From Leidyana gryllorum EB-2025a (taxonomy: Eukaryota; Protista; Apicomplexa), in NCBI GenBank assembly GCA_048772705.1, contig JBLWGC010000216.1, positions 124,001 to 188,000 of the forward strand: DNA of 64,000 nucleotides, given 5' to 3'. A program made the translations under genes and the position numbers. Positions 1 through 12,412 of this stretch are shown here, piece after piece. Positions within the stretch are counted from its first letter, which is position 1. Each line of letters begins with the position of its first letter. The notes beneath the pieces are model-generated. The model was not told the DNA's origin. It searched no databases and saw nothing but the letters and a program-made list of their open reading frames with translations.

Positions 1-446
1 TAACAGCCAGGCCAACTTCAAGCATGGAAGCAGACAGGTCCTCCGAGCCAGCAATAAACTTACGGATCCAGCGATCAATGACAACCATCTAAAGAGAATT
101 TCGACCCGCTTCATGACCGATTGCTCACCATTGCGTTAAAGTCTTCATTTCGTTGAGTGAGATTATTTGGATCTTCCTGGAACCGGCGCTGGATCTGGCG
201 GTAAAGCGGTTCGATAGAAGCCAGTTCGCGCCACTTTTTGGACAACGTTTCCTGACACACAAAGGTCAGAGCAGGCTTGGGAAGGTATGACATGATGTCG
301 TGTGTGAGGTCCAGATCGCGGTGCATGGCAGTCAAGATCCAGTTGGACAGATATTCTTGGGTCGTCAGGTGGCAGTCATTGGCTGCTACGGGGTTGAAAA
401 GGGTGGCAAAAAGCCAGATTGCACAAGTTAGAAGTCCGCGGAACAT
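1..446 (-). CDS. hypothetical, probably secreted protein (3' part runs off window start)
   Basis: ATG at 446 gives MFRGLLTCAIWLFATLFNPVAA, a signal-peptide-like start. A probable donor ATG|GTGAGC near 128 suggests the gene splices onward. Confidence 0.4.
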
Positions 447-511
447 TGCACACACGTTCGCAGATCTGGTTACAAGGAGACGTGACGCAAGCACGAGTAG
501 GATGTAGTATA

Positions 512-994
512 TTACTGATCTTCGTTGTGAACCATGTTGGGGATACCATGCAAAATGGGATACTCATGATTACATTTAGGGCATTTCAATGACCCTTCCA
601 GTATATGCAACTCAATCAACGCTTTGTGCACTGCTTTCAGAATAGTTTCGTCCTCCATGTCTTGATCGGTGAGGTCATTTGGGACAGCGAGTTCGAACTG
701 CAGGGGATGGTTTAGTAGATTAGAAGCAGCGTTTTACCTTGGCGGCGGCTTGGACGAAGGCTTCCCATTCCAATCTCTCTCTGATATGTTTCAAGAAATT
801 TGGTTTGAGCTCTGCTTCGATCATGTCATGCGATTTAAGGTCTGTGCCTTCGAGCTGGGCCAGCTCCTCAGGAGTGGCCAACTTAATATCCAGAGGGAAT
901 CCGCCACATCCCTTCTTATTGCTGGAGTTGGGTAACATTAATATCTCATTGACGATCCCTACCACTGCATCACATTGTGGGTTATGAGTCGCAT
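512..994 (-). CDS. TRM112: Trm112 methyltransferase activator, 133 aa, 3 exons (963-994, 738-921, 512-697)
   Basis: Splicing GT-AG introns 922-962 and 698-737 gives MRLITHNVMQCNKKGCGGFPL...LEWEAFVQAA...LIELHILEGSLKCPKCNHEYPILHGIPNM, which matches the Trm112 N- and C-terminal signatures. The ORF track misses exons 1 and 3. Confidence 0.93.
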
Positions 995-1004
995 GGCTGA
1001 AATT

Positions 1005-4000
1005 TCAGAATTTTGGACTGTCTAAAGTTAATCCGTCAGTGGCAGAGAGTTTGGCTCCTTCCAAAGCTTCTTCCAGGAGGCGTTTGCGTTCCACGGCCAG
1101 AGCATCTTGAACAAAAGCACTGTCTTCCATAACTGTTTTGACTGCGTCTTGGACAACCAGGAAGTCGCCCTTGATGACTTCCCAGACAGCCTGCATCATT
1201 GAATGTGTTGTGAAAGATTTGGACTGAGTGCTTACTCTAAGATCGAAGCCATATTCAAAGAGTGTGACGCCGACCATGGCTTCGTAGAAGTCTGCGATAC
1301 ATTTATATTTGTTGTAGGAGACCTTCGGGTCGACAAAGTCGGGGAACCCTTCTGTACCGCCAGTCAGCTGAGGCAGACGAGCGACTTCCTCGTCTTCGTC
1401 GTCGTAGGTGCCCATATCAGGCTGCTTGATTCCCCACTTCTCCTCCTGCTCATCAATGATCTCTTGTTTACAGCGATCGAAATCCTCGGCGGGTGGAACG
1501 TGAGTGAGTCTCAGTTGTAACTGATCGAGATCCAGCCACCGTTTATCTCTGGGACCGCCCTCGTAGAACATGAGGGCACTCGCTTTGATTCTGCTTCTGT
1601 CTTTACGGTTGCCGAGCAGCTTGCGAAGCATTACACGAGTCAGATACCGATTTGACTGTAAAATGCCCCTCACAACGGACAGATGTCCCTCACGGGCGTC
1701 CGGGAAGCTCTTGTTGAGCCACTCGGTCATCAGCAAGGCGAGTGCCGCATCTCCGAGATACTCTAAGCGTTGGTAGTCTCCCCAGGGCAGCTCGTCAAAG
1801 TATTTCCGAGCGCTCGGCTCGACGCGAGCTTCGGACAGCAGGCTGTAAACATCATCCCTCACTGACGTTTTCCCCGCGATCGGCGCAAACCAGGCCCTCA
1901 ACACCTTCGCGTTTGACTCGCGTGGCGCTTGATGAGTGCTGAGTAGGTAGTGGTCTAACCTCCATTTCAAAGAGCGATCAAAGTCATATCCCATCACAGG
2001 CGTCTCGGCTACGGCTGGGAAATATTTCGCCAGCGCGTCGCTCGTCCTCTCATCGAACGGTTTGAAAGAGAATTTGGGAACCGATTGAGCCACCGGATAC
2101 TCTTCTCTATGGGGCGTAGAGAGATCTTCAATCTCAACACCGGGGTTTTTAATAACCTCGAGTTGCAGCGTGTCGTGTGATGTTCCCCGAGGGTTCCTCA
2201 ACCGGTTGGTGTACCCAGCGGACTGGTCATAAATGGTCGGTGCGCTCTGAGAGTATGTGGCTTTGACCTGACTCTGATATGCCTTCGGTTGCATCGCCCC
2301 CTAACGAGTTGGAACGATCAATGTAAATACACAACGCAAAGACCAGAGGTCGTCTTACCAGAAGAGTAATGTCTCGCAGAGCGCTGAAAATCGACACCAT
2401 CGAGGTTTGATTTGGCGAATGTGTCTGCAGCACCACAGAGTCTATGAACAGAGCTGCAGCGTAGACTCCTGCAGGACTTCCGCACCACTCCGGGTGAAGA
2501 ACATATGGCATACAAAATGTCCTAAAGTCCTCAAGATCAAAGGTTGACCCGCCACTATCAGCCATGGCACTCATCGCCTCTCGCAGCAACATATGCATTG
2601 ACATTGATGGCCACATATCAACACTGAAGAGTTTGGGAAAATGTTGCGGTCGGCCTATTCGCGCGCTCACCGATGATAGTGACTCCAATAGATAGCGCCG
2701 ATAAGCGATTCGACTATATCAGCCTGCTGTTTGTCTCCGACTTCTTGTACTCGCATATCAGCCAGTGTTCCGAACCCCTTTCTTGTTGATCGTGGGTTGA
2801 AGGGACGATTCAACATGTACGCGTGCAACCGATAAGTTCTGGCACCCGCCCGTAGAGCCGAGTTGGCTTTGATGGTGTCCGCTTGTTGGGTCATTGCACC
2901 TTCAGTCGCCTCCGGCAGCGCAAAGAAGGACCACACAGTTGCTGCATATTTGAGCACACTATCTCCCAAGAACTCGAGAACCTGATTATGTGGGAACCGC
3001 AGCATACAGGGAGGGAAGTATTGCGGTAACAGTCCGGGCGACGGGAGTAAGACGTGTCGTTGGTCGTCTTCCTCTGGAATTCTGCGCACGAAGGCCTTGC
3101 GCCGTTTGGCCTCTTCTGGGGAGTGCTCCAAGGCAGCCATCAGGGACAGATAAGAGCGGAAGGCCTCCTCGTCATCCTTTCGGACCCAAAACATCCCTTC
3201 CGGCGTTGGGGTTGGAGAAGATCTGTCCAGGAAAAGATCAGCGATGTTATTGCGCTTCTTCATCACTTCCGTCTGGTAGTCCAAACCTCCTCCTGAAGCC
3301 GAGCTGCAGGTGACTGCCGGTTGCACAACGTCAGGATAGACATTGAAGCTCGGCTCTGTCGATACCGTCATACTCAACTCGGCGTCTTTAGCCGTCTGAA
3401 CAGTCCAACGCAAAGCCGAGACAGCCTCTGAGGATTTGGGGCTCAGTAGCTTCATGACCGGTGTACATTGGTTGAAAGCGTGACGCAAAAGAGCTGCCAA
3501 CTCTCGCTGCTTCAATTTGACATCCATTGTCCAATACATAGCCGGTGAGAATGTCCACTGAGACAACATTGTTTCAGGGAAGGGTAGCACACGTGCGAAC
3601 TGCGGAGCGTGCCAGGGGTGGTTGCGTTCGTAGCTGTCCTCAAAGAAGCACACACGGGTGCCTTGACGGGTATTATAGCCCATGACGCAAAAGGTGGTAT
3701 CTGGTTCGACGACGCGCTCAAACTGAGTTTCGTACCATTGACACAGTGTCATCTCCTCTTTCTCGGCATAGCGGGCCTCCGGTCCGTTCTCCCAATCGAA
3801 GCCTCCCAGTCGATAGTAACGGAAAGCTCGGGACTTTTCATAGCCCAATCTCAAACACGGAGCTTCACCTCCGCGGGACAAAGTGTGGGCTACAACAGCT
3901 AAAGCCATTCTTCTGACTTGAGCCTCTTCTCTGTGGATTGGCTCTCCTCGATAATTCTCATCGAGACAACATTTCCATCGACGTCTCGATTCCGCCTTCT

Positions 4001-7000
4001 CAACTCCGTACACAAAGGTGAGTTCGGGTTTGCCGGGCCAGATGGCTTTCCCATCAACTGGACGGCGGGGGTATCGCCACAGACACACCGAAGGTTTCAG
4101 TCCATCAATTCTCAGGAAATCGACATCGTTCAATCGCTCCTTATCCTCAGCCACCAATCTGTCGAGTACGAAGCTGATTGGATCTTCGCGTGGAGGCAGA
4201 GGTTTCTGATAGCAGAACTGGTTGTCCTGTTGGCGTTCGGCATCGGTTCTGTGGCTATGGGCGCAGGCAAAGTTTGACAGCCCCAGCGGTTCCGGTCTGA
4301 CTTGGCCTCGTTCGTTCCAGCAGTCTCCAATGGACTCTGCCCCGAGGGCGGGATCAACTTGGTCGGGGGCCAACCACCCGACCAAAGTTGGCTCGGCGCG
4401 ATATATCTCACTGATAGTGGGAGGAGCTCTGTTTCGGATATTCTCCACTTCTGCTGCAGTGTATTGCGCTCTTTCATTTCCTGACCGCATGAAGGCAGCA
4501 AGCCGCAGGAACCGATAGATCCACTCGAGATCTAAGGTCACTCCATCGGCTTTGAGCGGTGCCTGACAGCAGAAGATGGGTGTCAGTAAATCCTTATTGG
4601 CGTGGGCACTGGTGAGTATTTCGTGCAAAGTCTTCTCGATGACCGACTCGAAAGATTGATGCTGATTGGTGGTGGGGTTTGACTCCTCGTCTTCAGGTTT
4701 TTGAGTAGTGGCAGCTTCCATGGGAACGAGTACTTTGCCGCCCGGCAAGTTGAACGTTCTGATGGACAGGAATCGATTCATCGCGCTGCTGTACCGAAGC
4801 AAAGTGGTCATAACGGGTGCTGTGACCTGAATGGCTATCGGAGAGTCAACGTCGGCGAATCTACTCGTATCGCGGTGACGACTCTCTCCAGGAGACACAG
4901 ACCGGAACGCGGCGTCCATTGCTTCATCGATCTTTGGACAGCTCTGAAACTCGGACCATTGAGACGCGGCCAACTGTCCAACTGTGATGGCTTTGACAGT
5001 CACATGCACGGGCTCGCCGGTGACCCAATGTTTGAAAGAGTACTGCAGAGGCTCGACGAGCGGAGATTGCAACAATACCGTACACGGCTGCAACACTGTC
5101 AGTGGGTCAGCGTCTTCCACCAACCGAAGGCCGGGGAATGCACAGCATCCCGGCCTCCCCTCAGCAGCGCGTTGCTCCATAAGTTTATGAATGTGTTTCC
5201 CGTACGCTTTGGCTCTCAGTCTGCGACTGTAGACATTGCGCTCCTGATCTCTGAGCCGTTTAATCTCCTCCGGATTGAACTTTGTAGCCGCCCTCTCCCC
5301 GTCTTCCCCCTCCGGCGCGGGCTCTGCGGCTGCGGCCTCAGCTTCCCCGGGGCCGTCGTCCGAGTCGTTGTCAACGGTGAGCAACACCCCCGGCCAGTAA
5401 TCTTCTGGGGCAAAGACTCCGCCCGCTTCTGCAATGTATTGTACCATTGCATCAGGGGGCTGACAGGGAGAGTTGGGATTGTGATGGAGACGCCAGAACC
5501 CAAACAATCCACCCGCCTTGAGTACCTCTGAGTCCCAACGCTCAACCCTCATGTAAACGTGGTGTGGGTACAACACTCTGACCAGCTCCTGATCCGGAGC
5601 TTTCGCCTCTTCGTCCCTCAAAAACGTCTTGCGACGGTTGTCGGGTTCACTACGTATGTCTTCGAGTCGCACTCCATTCGGCAGCCATAGCTTCGAACTG
5701 TTCTTCACCACCTCGACCTCCTCTCTACGCGCAGTGAGCGGGTTCGACATGTAGAATACGTCTGTCTTGGCCAGTTGAATGGCGCTCGGCAACTCCACCG
5801 TCTCAGTCTCCGGGTCCACAAAGTAATCTCCCCGACACACCACCTCGATTTGAGAGCTGCTTGCAGCTGCAGTCTTGGAGAAGTATCTATGGATTGGGGG
5901 TAAAAGTGGCAGTGGACTTTCTCGGAAAAGAGTGTCATGTGGGCCCTGAACCCCTCCTCGGACCTTCTGGCTAGTCAAAGCATAATGGGGGAGGGGGCCG
6001 GGCGGCGGGAGATAGTGATCGTCGAGAACATTGAACTGCGAACAATACAGTGGTTCGAATTTGGGCCCAAAATGAACTTACCTTTTGGAGCTCGGTGAGG
6101 ATACGCCCTGCCAGGACGTTTCTCGCAAAGTTACGATCTGAGAAATTGTCGTGGAGGGAAACAGTGGTTGAGAACGGGTACGAAGGGCCATCTTCGCGCG
6201 ATCTGTGGCCATATATTGGTGGCAGACTGACACGAATCTCGTTTCTGTTCCACCCCAGATTCTGTCGGATCAATCAATTTTTGTCCAATAAGAGTAATTG
6301 AGCGACACCCAATCTTACCGAGAAATAAGAGGTCGATCCTCTGGCCTTGAGGTATCGGCGGAGCTCAAATTCGCAAGCGAACCCTTCTTCGTTCTTATGC
6401 TGGAGGAGTTGGTCCATCACTGACTGCAGAGTCGCCATAGCTCTGTTCCACGGTATGAGAGCTCCCGACTTTTCGTTGTACAAAGCCAAACTGCGGGCCT
6501 CCGCAATGCTTTTCGGAGGGACCGCGGCGAGCTGATTCTGTGCCTCCTTCTGCCGACGCAGCTCTTTCTCTCTGAGCTGTTCACAGGTTTTCAGAACCAG
6601 TTGCTCCAGCCGCTCAAAGCCAACCAGGGCAGCCACAGGCGCATAGTTACACCGCAAACTCAGCAAATAAAACTTGGAGTTACTCTGTCGTGCGCGACCT
6701 CGACTTTGGAGGAATTGGGCGAGGGTCTGCGGCAGATCGAATCTGACCACAGCGTTACAGGCCGGGAGATCAAACCCTTCCTCTATAATGGAGGTCGCAG
6801 TGATAGTTTGTAGGGAGCCGTGATCTTCGAATCTCGACGTGAACAACCGTAAACGATTGCGTTGCTCATTAATGTTGATCGTGGGTAATGCGCCATCGAG
6901 ATGTTTCTCTCTGCGTATGGAGGTATCGGTCAATTCCTGGCCGTGGGCCTGCGAGGCACCGCCTATACCACAGACCCAACTGGTTTTCGAGGCAAATCGC

Positions 7001-10000
7001 GATGATAAATAATCCGCCAACAGCTTGCATTTCAGTCGAGTAGTGCAAAAGACAATGCACTTTGATTTGATCGACATCAAAGTGTCGTCGTGGGCCGTCT
7101 CGAGATCTGACCACGTGTAATTCCACGTGATCGTCACTCGTTTGTCGGCCAACGAGTTTTCCAATTTGACCATATTAGCAGCTCTTTGACGCTCCTCCCG
7201 TTTCAAACTTCCTTCATCGTCCGACGACAGCGCCTCTCCATGCCTCCCACTTCGGAACACACGTTTGGATCCCGCACTGCCGGAGTCTTTGAGTCGCCGA
7301 TCCCGTACCCGTCGTGGGGAAGACGATACACTGTCAGATGAATACGATCGTCTTCGTGAGCCGTCTGGCGTCTTGGCTGAATACCGGCGGCGACTCCGGC
7401 GCGCCTCCTCTGGGGATGACTCGGATGACGATGAGAGTGACCTTGAAGACTCCGTCCGACTGCCGCTGCTCTCTGATTCAGAACTGTATCTACTCCGACG
7501 CGGGGCTCTGTATTTTCTACCATTAGGGCGATCTCGACTCCGTGGGCGACGACGCCGCGGGTCGGAATCGCTGTCGGAAGACTCCCCCGAGCTGTGTGCC
7601 TTTCTGTTGCTTCGACGCATCCACTCGGGATTATCGACTCCGTCACTATCATCACTAACGTCGTCCACGAATACTTCAACAGGTTTTGCTTCAAATTCGT
7701 CTCCATCGGAATCGGGATCCTGTGAGCTTTCTGTTCCTACAAACTCGTCGTGCAGGTCACCCAAAGTCTCTGTATCTGCGTCATCAATCTCAAGTGGCTG
7801 ATGCTGCATATGAGACTGTTGTCCACTCATCTGATCGAGAGGGCCGAGTCGCTGAGCAAAGCGTTCGTGCATTTGCAGTCTGTCCGTATAGCCTTCCATT
7901 TTCACGTCCTGGACTTCCTGGCCCTTATAGGTTTGCCAAACAATGAGGCGGATGAGCTCCTCAGTCGTTTGCGTCTTGCGCGAGACTAAGTGTCTCACGT
8001 CTTTGTCCAGAGGCGGGGTTCTTCCCTCGCCCGAGACGGGATCGTCAAAGAGGATACTGGAAGGAGGCACCTCGAGCACCTTGATCAAGTTGTCGACCAA
8101 ACTTGGATGACGATAGAGCAGACTCTGGTAGAGCAGCAGGGCAACCCACCGCTGACTCGATTTGATTAGTTGCATGCAGAGCTTCATCAACAGCGGTAGA
8201 GATTCGATCAGACTCAGAAGATTACTCTCACTCAGATAGTCGTCATCCAGATCACGCACATCGGGATCGGCCAGAAGTCCTCTCAGCTTGCGCTGCTGAG
8301 ATATTGATGTCACCTCTTCACACATAGCCAACATTTCCAACAAGCAGCGTTTTCGCTTATCCGGATTTTCGACCAAATCGGCAAGTTGTAGCAGTAATTG
8401 ACGATTGTTCCGATCGGCGGCTGTCTTTTCCACGTCCACCAGCGGGTCGAGCTTCAGCAGATCCAGAATTTCATTCACTGACTGAACTCCGCTCTTCGTT
8501 TGATATTTGGCTTTGTCCCTGTTGCGGTTTCTGACAGCTTTGTTCAACAGGATCACTCGATATCGAATCTGTTCTGTGAGATCCCTTTCCTGGATGATCA
8601 TGTTTCTCAACAAATCCTTCTGGCCATGTGACGCGCCCGATAACAATATACGTCGCTTCGGAAGCTCCTTGATCTCCTCTACTGAATCAAAACGCTCCAC
8701 AAGAATGGCCTGCGCCAGTTTAGTCCCTCCGTAACACGCTGTCACGTGATCCGCGATCTTATCCACCATCTCTTCCGCATAGTGACCATACAGATTCGAC
8801 ATCGTTGGAATCCACCAACTCAACAATAAACGATGCAAACCCCAGAAACCAATGTCTTGAATCACTTCGTTAAATCGATCACTCCAACCTCCCCACTGCA
8901 TCAGGTCATCGTCCTCAGCATTCTGCATGGCTGCCTCTATCCGAGCGTCCGTCCCGGCTCGCCCATCATCGACCGTAATCAATTCTTCATTGATCTTTTT
9001 GATGGAGTGTCGCAGTGTCTGACGTATTCGCTCCTTCAGCTCCTGTCTCCTCCGCTCGTACAGTGCCTTTTCCACAGCCGCTTGAGCCTTTCGATTCACG
9101 TGCTCCTGGATCTGCTCCATTGCCGCCATTTTCTTACTCTTAGGGGCCGCTGCCTCTCGAACAGTCACGGTTTCTCCATGATTTGCACCATGTTGCTCAT
9201 CACCACTGCCATTCTTTCCATCGGTTTGAGCCCCGCTGCTCTCATTCCCTTCGGCCACTGTGGAATAATCATCAGTCGGTCTGGGAGAAACACTTGGCGA
9301 GAAGTCCATCGGTTCATCTGGGTCCTCCTGATCTCGCGCGCTCTCGTCCTGTGTGGTGGTTTTGTTCGGAAGACCTTGAGTCTCGTCTTCATCACATTCC
9401 TTCGCCTTCCCAGCGTCGCCTGTCAACCCAGTTTCAGGGGACTTGGAGGCGATAAGTTCAACCAGGTCAGGTGGGGGAGTACTCTGCCTTCGGGCCGTCG
9501 CCTTTTGCATTTTAGAGATGTGCAGTAAATTCAGCAGCCGCTTCGCTACACCGTTGATCTCCTCCAACGTTATGAGAATCTGCTGATACGCTCTCACTCG
9601 AGCTATCGCTTGCTGGACTTCCGCCCCGACGACAGTTAACTCGTCCTTATCCTTGAAAATCAGGTCGTATAGGGGGTCCCGTTCAATTTCCCGCTCTAAA
9701 ATTGAATGACATTGCAGCACCTCCGAACGGGCTTGGGACTTGTTGACGAACGGCTTGTGCGTTGGACGGAATCGCCTTTCTTGGTGAATCGCCTCGGGAA
9801 GGACCCAGTGAGCTTGAATCAACATTTTGATAGGCATCACAACCGTCCATTCTATTAAAGCACTCCATGTTCGTTGTGTCGGATAGGGCCGATAAACAAT
9901 TGGATGTTGTTGAGGCCGATTCCGTTCCCAACAACAGCTGGCGGGATCATTGACATTGACCGTACCGATGTTGACCGTCGCATCGTATAATAAACACATT

Positions 10001-10950
10001 CTTTTCAACTCTTCTTCCACCTCCCAAGCGACGGTACTGCTCTGGTTGGCTTCAGCATAGCGTGTGTCCACACTATGTGCGATCGGAGACGCAGTGAGGC
10101 CCAAGATCCGAGGTCGTATGAGTTCTGTGGCATCGTTAGCTTGCGCGTGATAATAGGCAGCCTTATGATAGAATTCTTGCGCAATGACAGCATATGGAGC
10201 GTCCGCCGAACAGTGGTGACACTCGTCAAAGATCAGGAGAGAGATGTCTTCAATTTTAATCATGGCGTGTTGTAGATAGACGAGCATTTTATCGGGGGGC
10301 ATGACAAAAAGTCGCGGCCACACTGGCAGCGAAACACCTTGTTCAGATTCCTGATCGGCGAAATCGTACTCATCAAAACCACGAGTGTCGTCCATAGCTT
10401 CGATGACAGCCTTCTTAACCTCTTCATCCTCGAGCAACTTCTGACGGAACGGAAGTATGGTATTGAGCTCCACCCCAGTCGTCGCAGTGGTCAACGCCTG
10501 GTCAACTTTTTGTTTGTAGACCTTCAAATCTGCCCAGTACTCTTGCCAGGTATCGAGCCGATTCCAGCTCACGTCCAAGTCAACGTCCGCTGTTCCCATA
10601 CTCCCAGCGAAGCATCTCAGGATGTCCTTGGCGTCCTGGGGTTCATATATCCACGCACCTCCCCCTTTCTCCAACTTGCTGGGGTTTGGGTGTTGAAAGT
10701 GGACACCTCCCGCTTCTTGCAAATCTGAGAAGATACTTTTGGCCTGCTGGGTTGATAATACAACCGTGGGAGCCAGGAAAACCACGCATTTATCCAGATA
10801 TTGTGGCAATGACAAGTAGTGTTGCGTCAATAATGAAGCTATGTGGGTCTTGCCCGAGTTGGTTGGCAGAATTGCTATAACATTCCTTTCCTTGGCCTCA
10901 TCGAACACAACTTTCTGATAATCTCTGACCTCCTTCTTCGACCTTTGCAT
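1005..10950 (-). CDS. DCR: Dicer-like RNase III (DExH helicase - DUF283 - PAZ-like - RNase IIIa - RNase IIIb), ~3,230 aa; exons 6319-10950, 6082-6261, 2671-6035, 2359-2623, 1236-2300, 1005-1190
   Basis: Helicase motifs PTNSGKT, DECHH, LGLTAS, IVFCTTR, TSIIEEGFD and QSRGRAR; DUF283-like end LDDHYLP; RNase III signatures NQVLEFLGDSVL/ADIVESLIGA and YQRLEYLGDAAL/ADFYEAMVG. Five GT-AG introns of 45-58 nt (6262-6318, 6036-6081, 2624-2670, 2301-2358, 1191-1235) join the ORFs in frame. Confidence 0.92.
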
Positions 10951-11139
10951 CTCCCCCACTCAAAAAACCCCGAAAAGTCTACCATTGTAGTCGTCGTCTT
11001 GACAGACAGCGCGCAGCCGACCTCCACTCACCGGGTTCAACCGAGATTCCGAATCCCAAGTGTATTCATGGCCAGATACGCCTGTGGGGTCCAGCAGAAC
11101 GATGAGTCAAAAAATCGCAATTAGCAGCCGGCTCGATCG

Positions 11140-11604
11140 ATGGCCTGGGACACCTTTCTACGTAAGCTCTTCAAATTGCAGCCAACCCCCGCACCGGAAT
11201 GCCCAATATATCGCATGATTTGCTCGTTACGGGATCACTTGGCGGCCTTTGTTCAGGCTGAGTACGATAGCCATTGTGCCGACTATGCGATGGGCGAGGA
11301 AGAACGGCGTGGTGCTCAGTCTAATCCATACACGATGGACAATGTGAACATTCTGATTTCACTAATCGAGGATTTCGCCGACAACCTGCGTGGGAAGCTG
11401 ACGCCTATGAGTATTGAAGAAGTGCGAGAAGCAATTCATCGTCTGGTGAACGATCTGAATACTTTTCACTGTATGAACTTCGCCTTGTGGTCAAGTGAAT
11501 CGGTGCAGATTTGCCACATCATCTTAGCTGTGACTGACAAAACAGGGTTCAGTCGTCACGAGGCAAGCCTTATTATACAAGATAACTGTGCATTTAATTG
11601 GTGA
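11140..11604 (+). CDS. small acidic helical protein, array paralogue 1 (divergent)
   Basis: Intronless 154 aa ORF with the family motif NPYTMDNVNILISLIEDF...VREAIHRLVNDLN...IC..I; ends in W. Confidence 0.75.
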   Translation: MAWDTFLRKLFKLQPTPAPECPIYRMICSLRDHLAAFVQAEYDSHCADYAMGEEERRGAQSNPYTMDNVNILISLIEDFADNLRGKLTPMSIEEVREAIHRLVNDLNTFHCMNFALWSSESVQICHIILAVTDKTGFSRHEASLIIQDNCAFNW

Positions 11605-11791
11605 CTGGGGTTTCTATTGGCAAATTCGCACAACAGAAGACTGCGCCAAGTCTTTGTTATCAGTGGATTTAGTTACCTTTCTATTAAAAGTTGGCATTTT
11701 TAGTCACATCGCAGATTAGCAGAAACGGTTGGCCAAGACAAGTGTGTACTGGGTGCGAGCTTGCTTTCAAAAGCGAGTTAGTCTGGTGGTA

Positions 11792-12268
11792 ATGACTTGG
11801 GACGTTGCAGTTCAAAGGCTGTTCGGGGTCAATCCAAAGCCGACTGCGCAGCACGAGTCAATTGATATATCCGACCTCGACTCATTGATTCTCACGTTTG
11901 AGAATTCGTTGGCAGAACGCAAGAATTTGCTGTACGAAGAATACGTTGATGACTGTGAAATTGATGGTCAAGCTCCGGACGATGATCATCCCTATACAGC
12001 TGCTAATGTGGGGGTCTTCATGAATACGTTGTACAAGTTTCTGGAGAAGTTGGCCAACGGGATCGTTACTAAAGAGTCTGAATTGAAGCAGGAAATCAAC
12101 GAATTGATCAGTGATGTCTGCGTTATCCAATGCAAAGCTTTTGAATTAAGCATGACCCAAACAGAAGCCTTGGAAGCGGTGGTAAAGGCTGCTGCCGATA
12201 TGGTGATAACGAATGGAAGGATTCTAGCTACAGAAGTATTGAAGGACAACAATTTCTGGCAGTGGTAA
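11792..12268 (+). CDS. array paralogue 2 (divergent)
   Basis: ATG at 11792 gives MTWDVAVQRLFG, similar to paralogue 1 (MAWDTFLRKLF). Contains HPYTAANV...F; ends DNNFWQW. Confidence 0.75.
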   Translation: MTWDVAVQRLFGVNPKPTAQHESIDISDLDSLILTFENSLAERKNLLYEEYVDDCEIDGQAPDDDHPYTAANVGVFMNTLYKFLEKLANGIVTKESELKQEINELISDVCVIQCKAFELSMTQTEALEAVVKAAADMVITNGRILATEVLKDNNFWQW

Positions 12269-12412
12269 TCGCTTTTAGGGTCGTAGTTAAAGATACGAAC
12301 ATTGAAGCAGCGTCACGAGGGATTATAGAGATAAACTGACCAACTCGGGATAGGACACGTGGAGACAGCTCGCACCACACGATTCGCACCACACGACTTG
12401 TACCGCGCTGAG

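Noticed and set aside
1005-10959. Separate helicase and RNase III genes, or a frameshifted pseudogene
   Set aside because: Canonical GT-AG introns of 45-58 nt join all pieces in frame and restore conserved motifs across the junctions.
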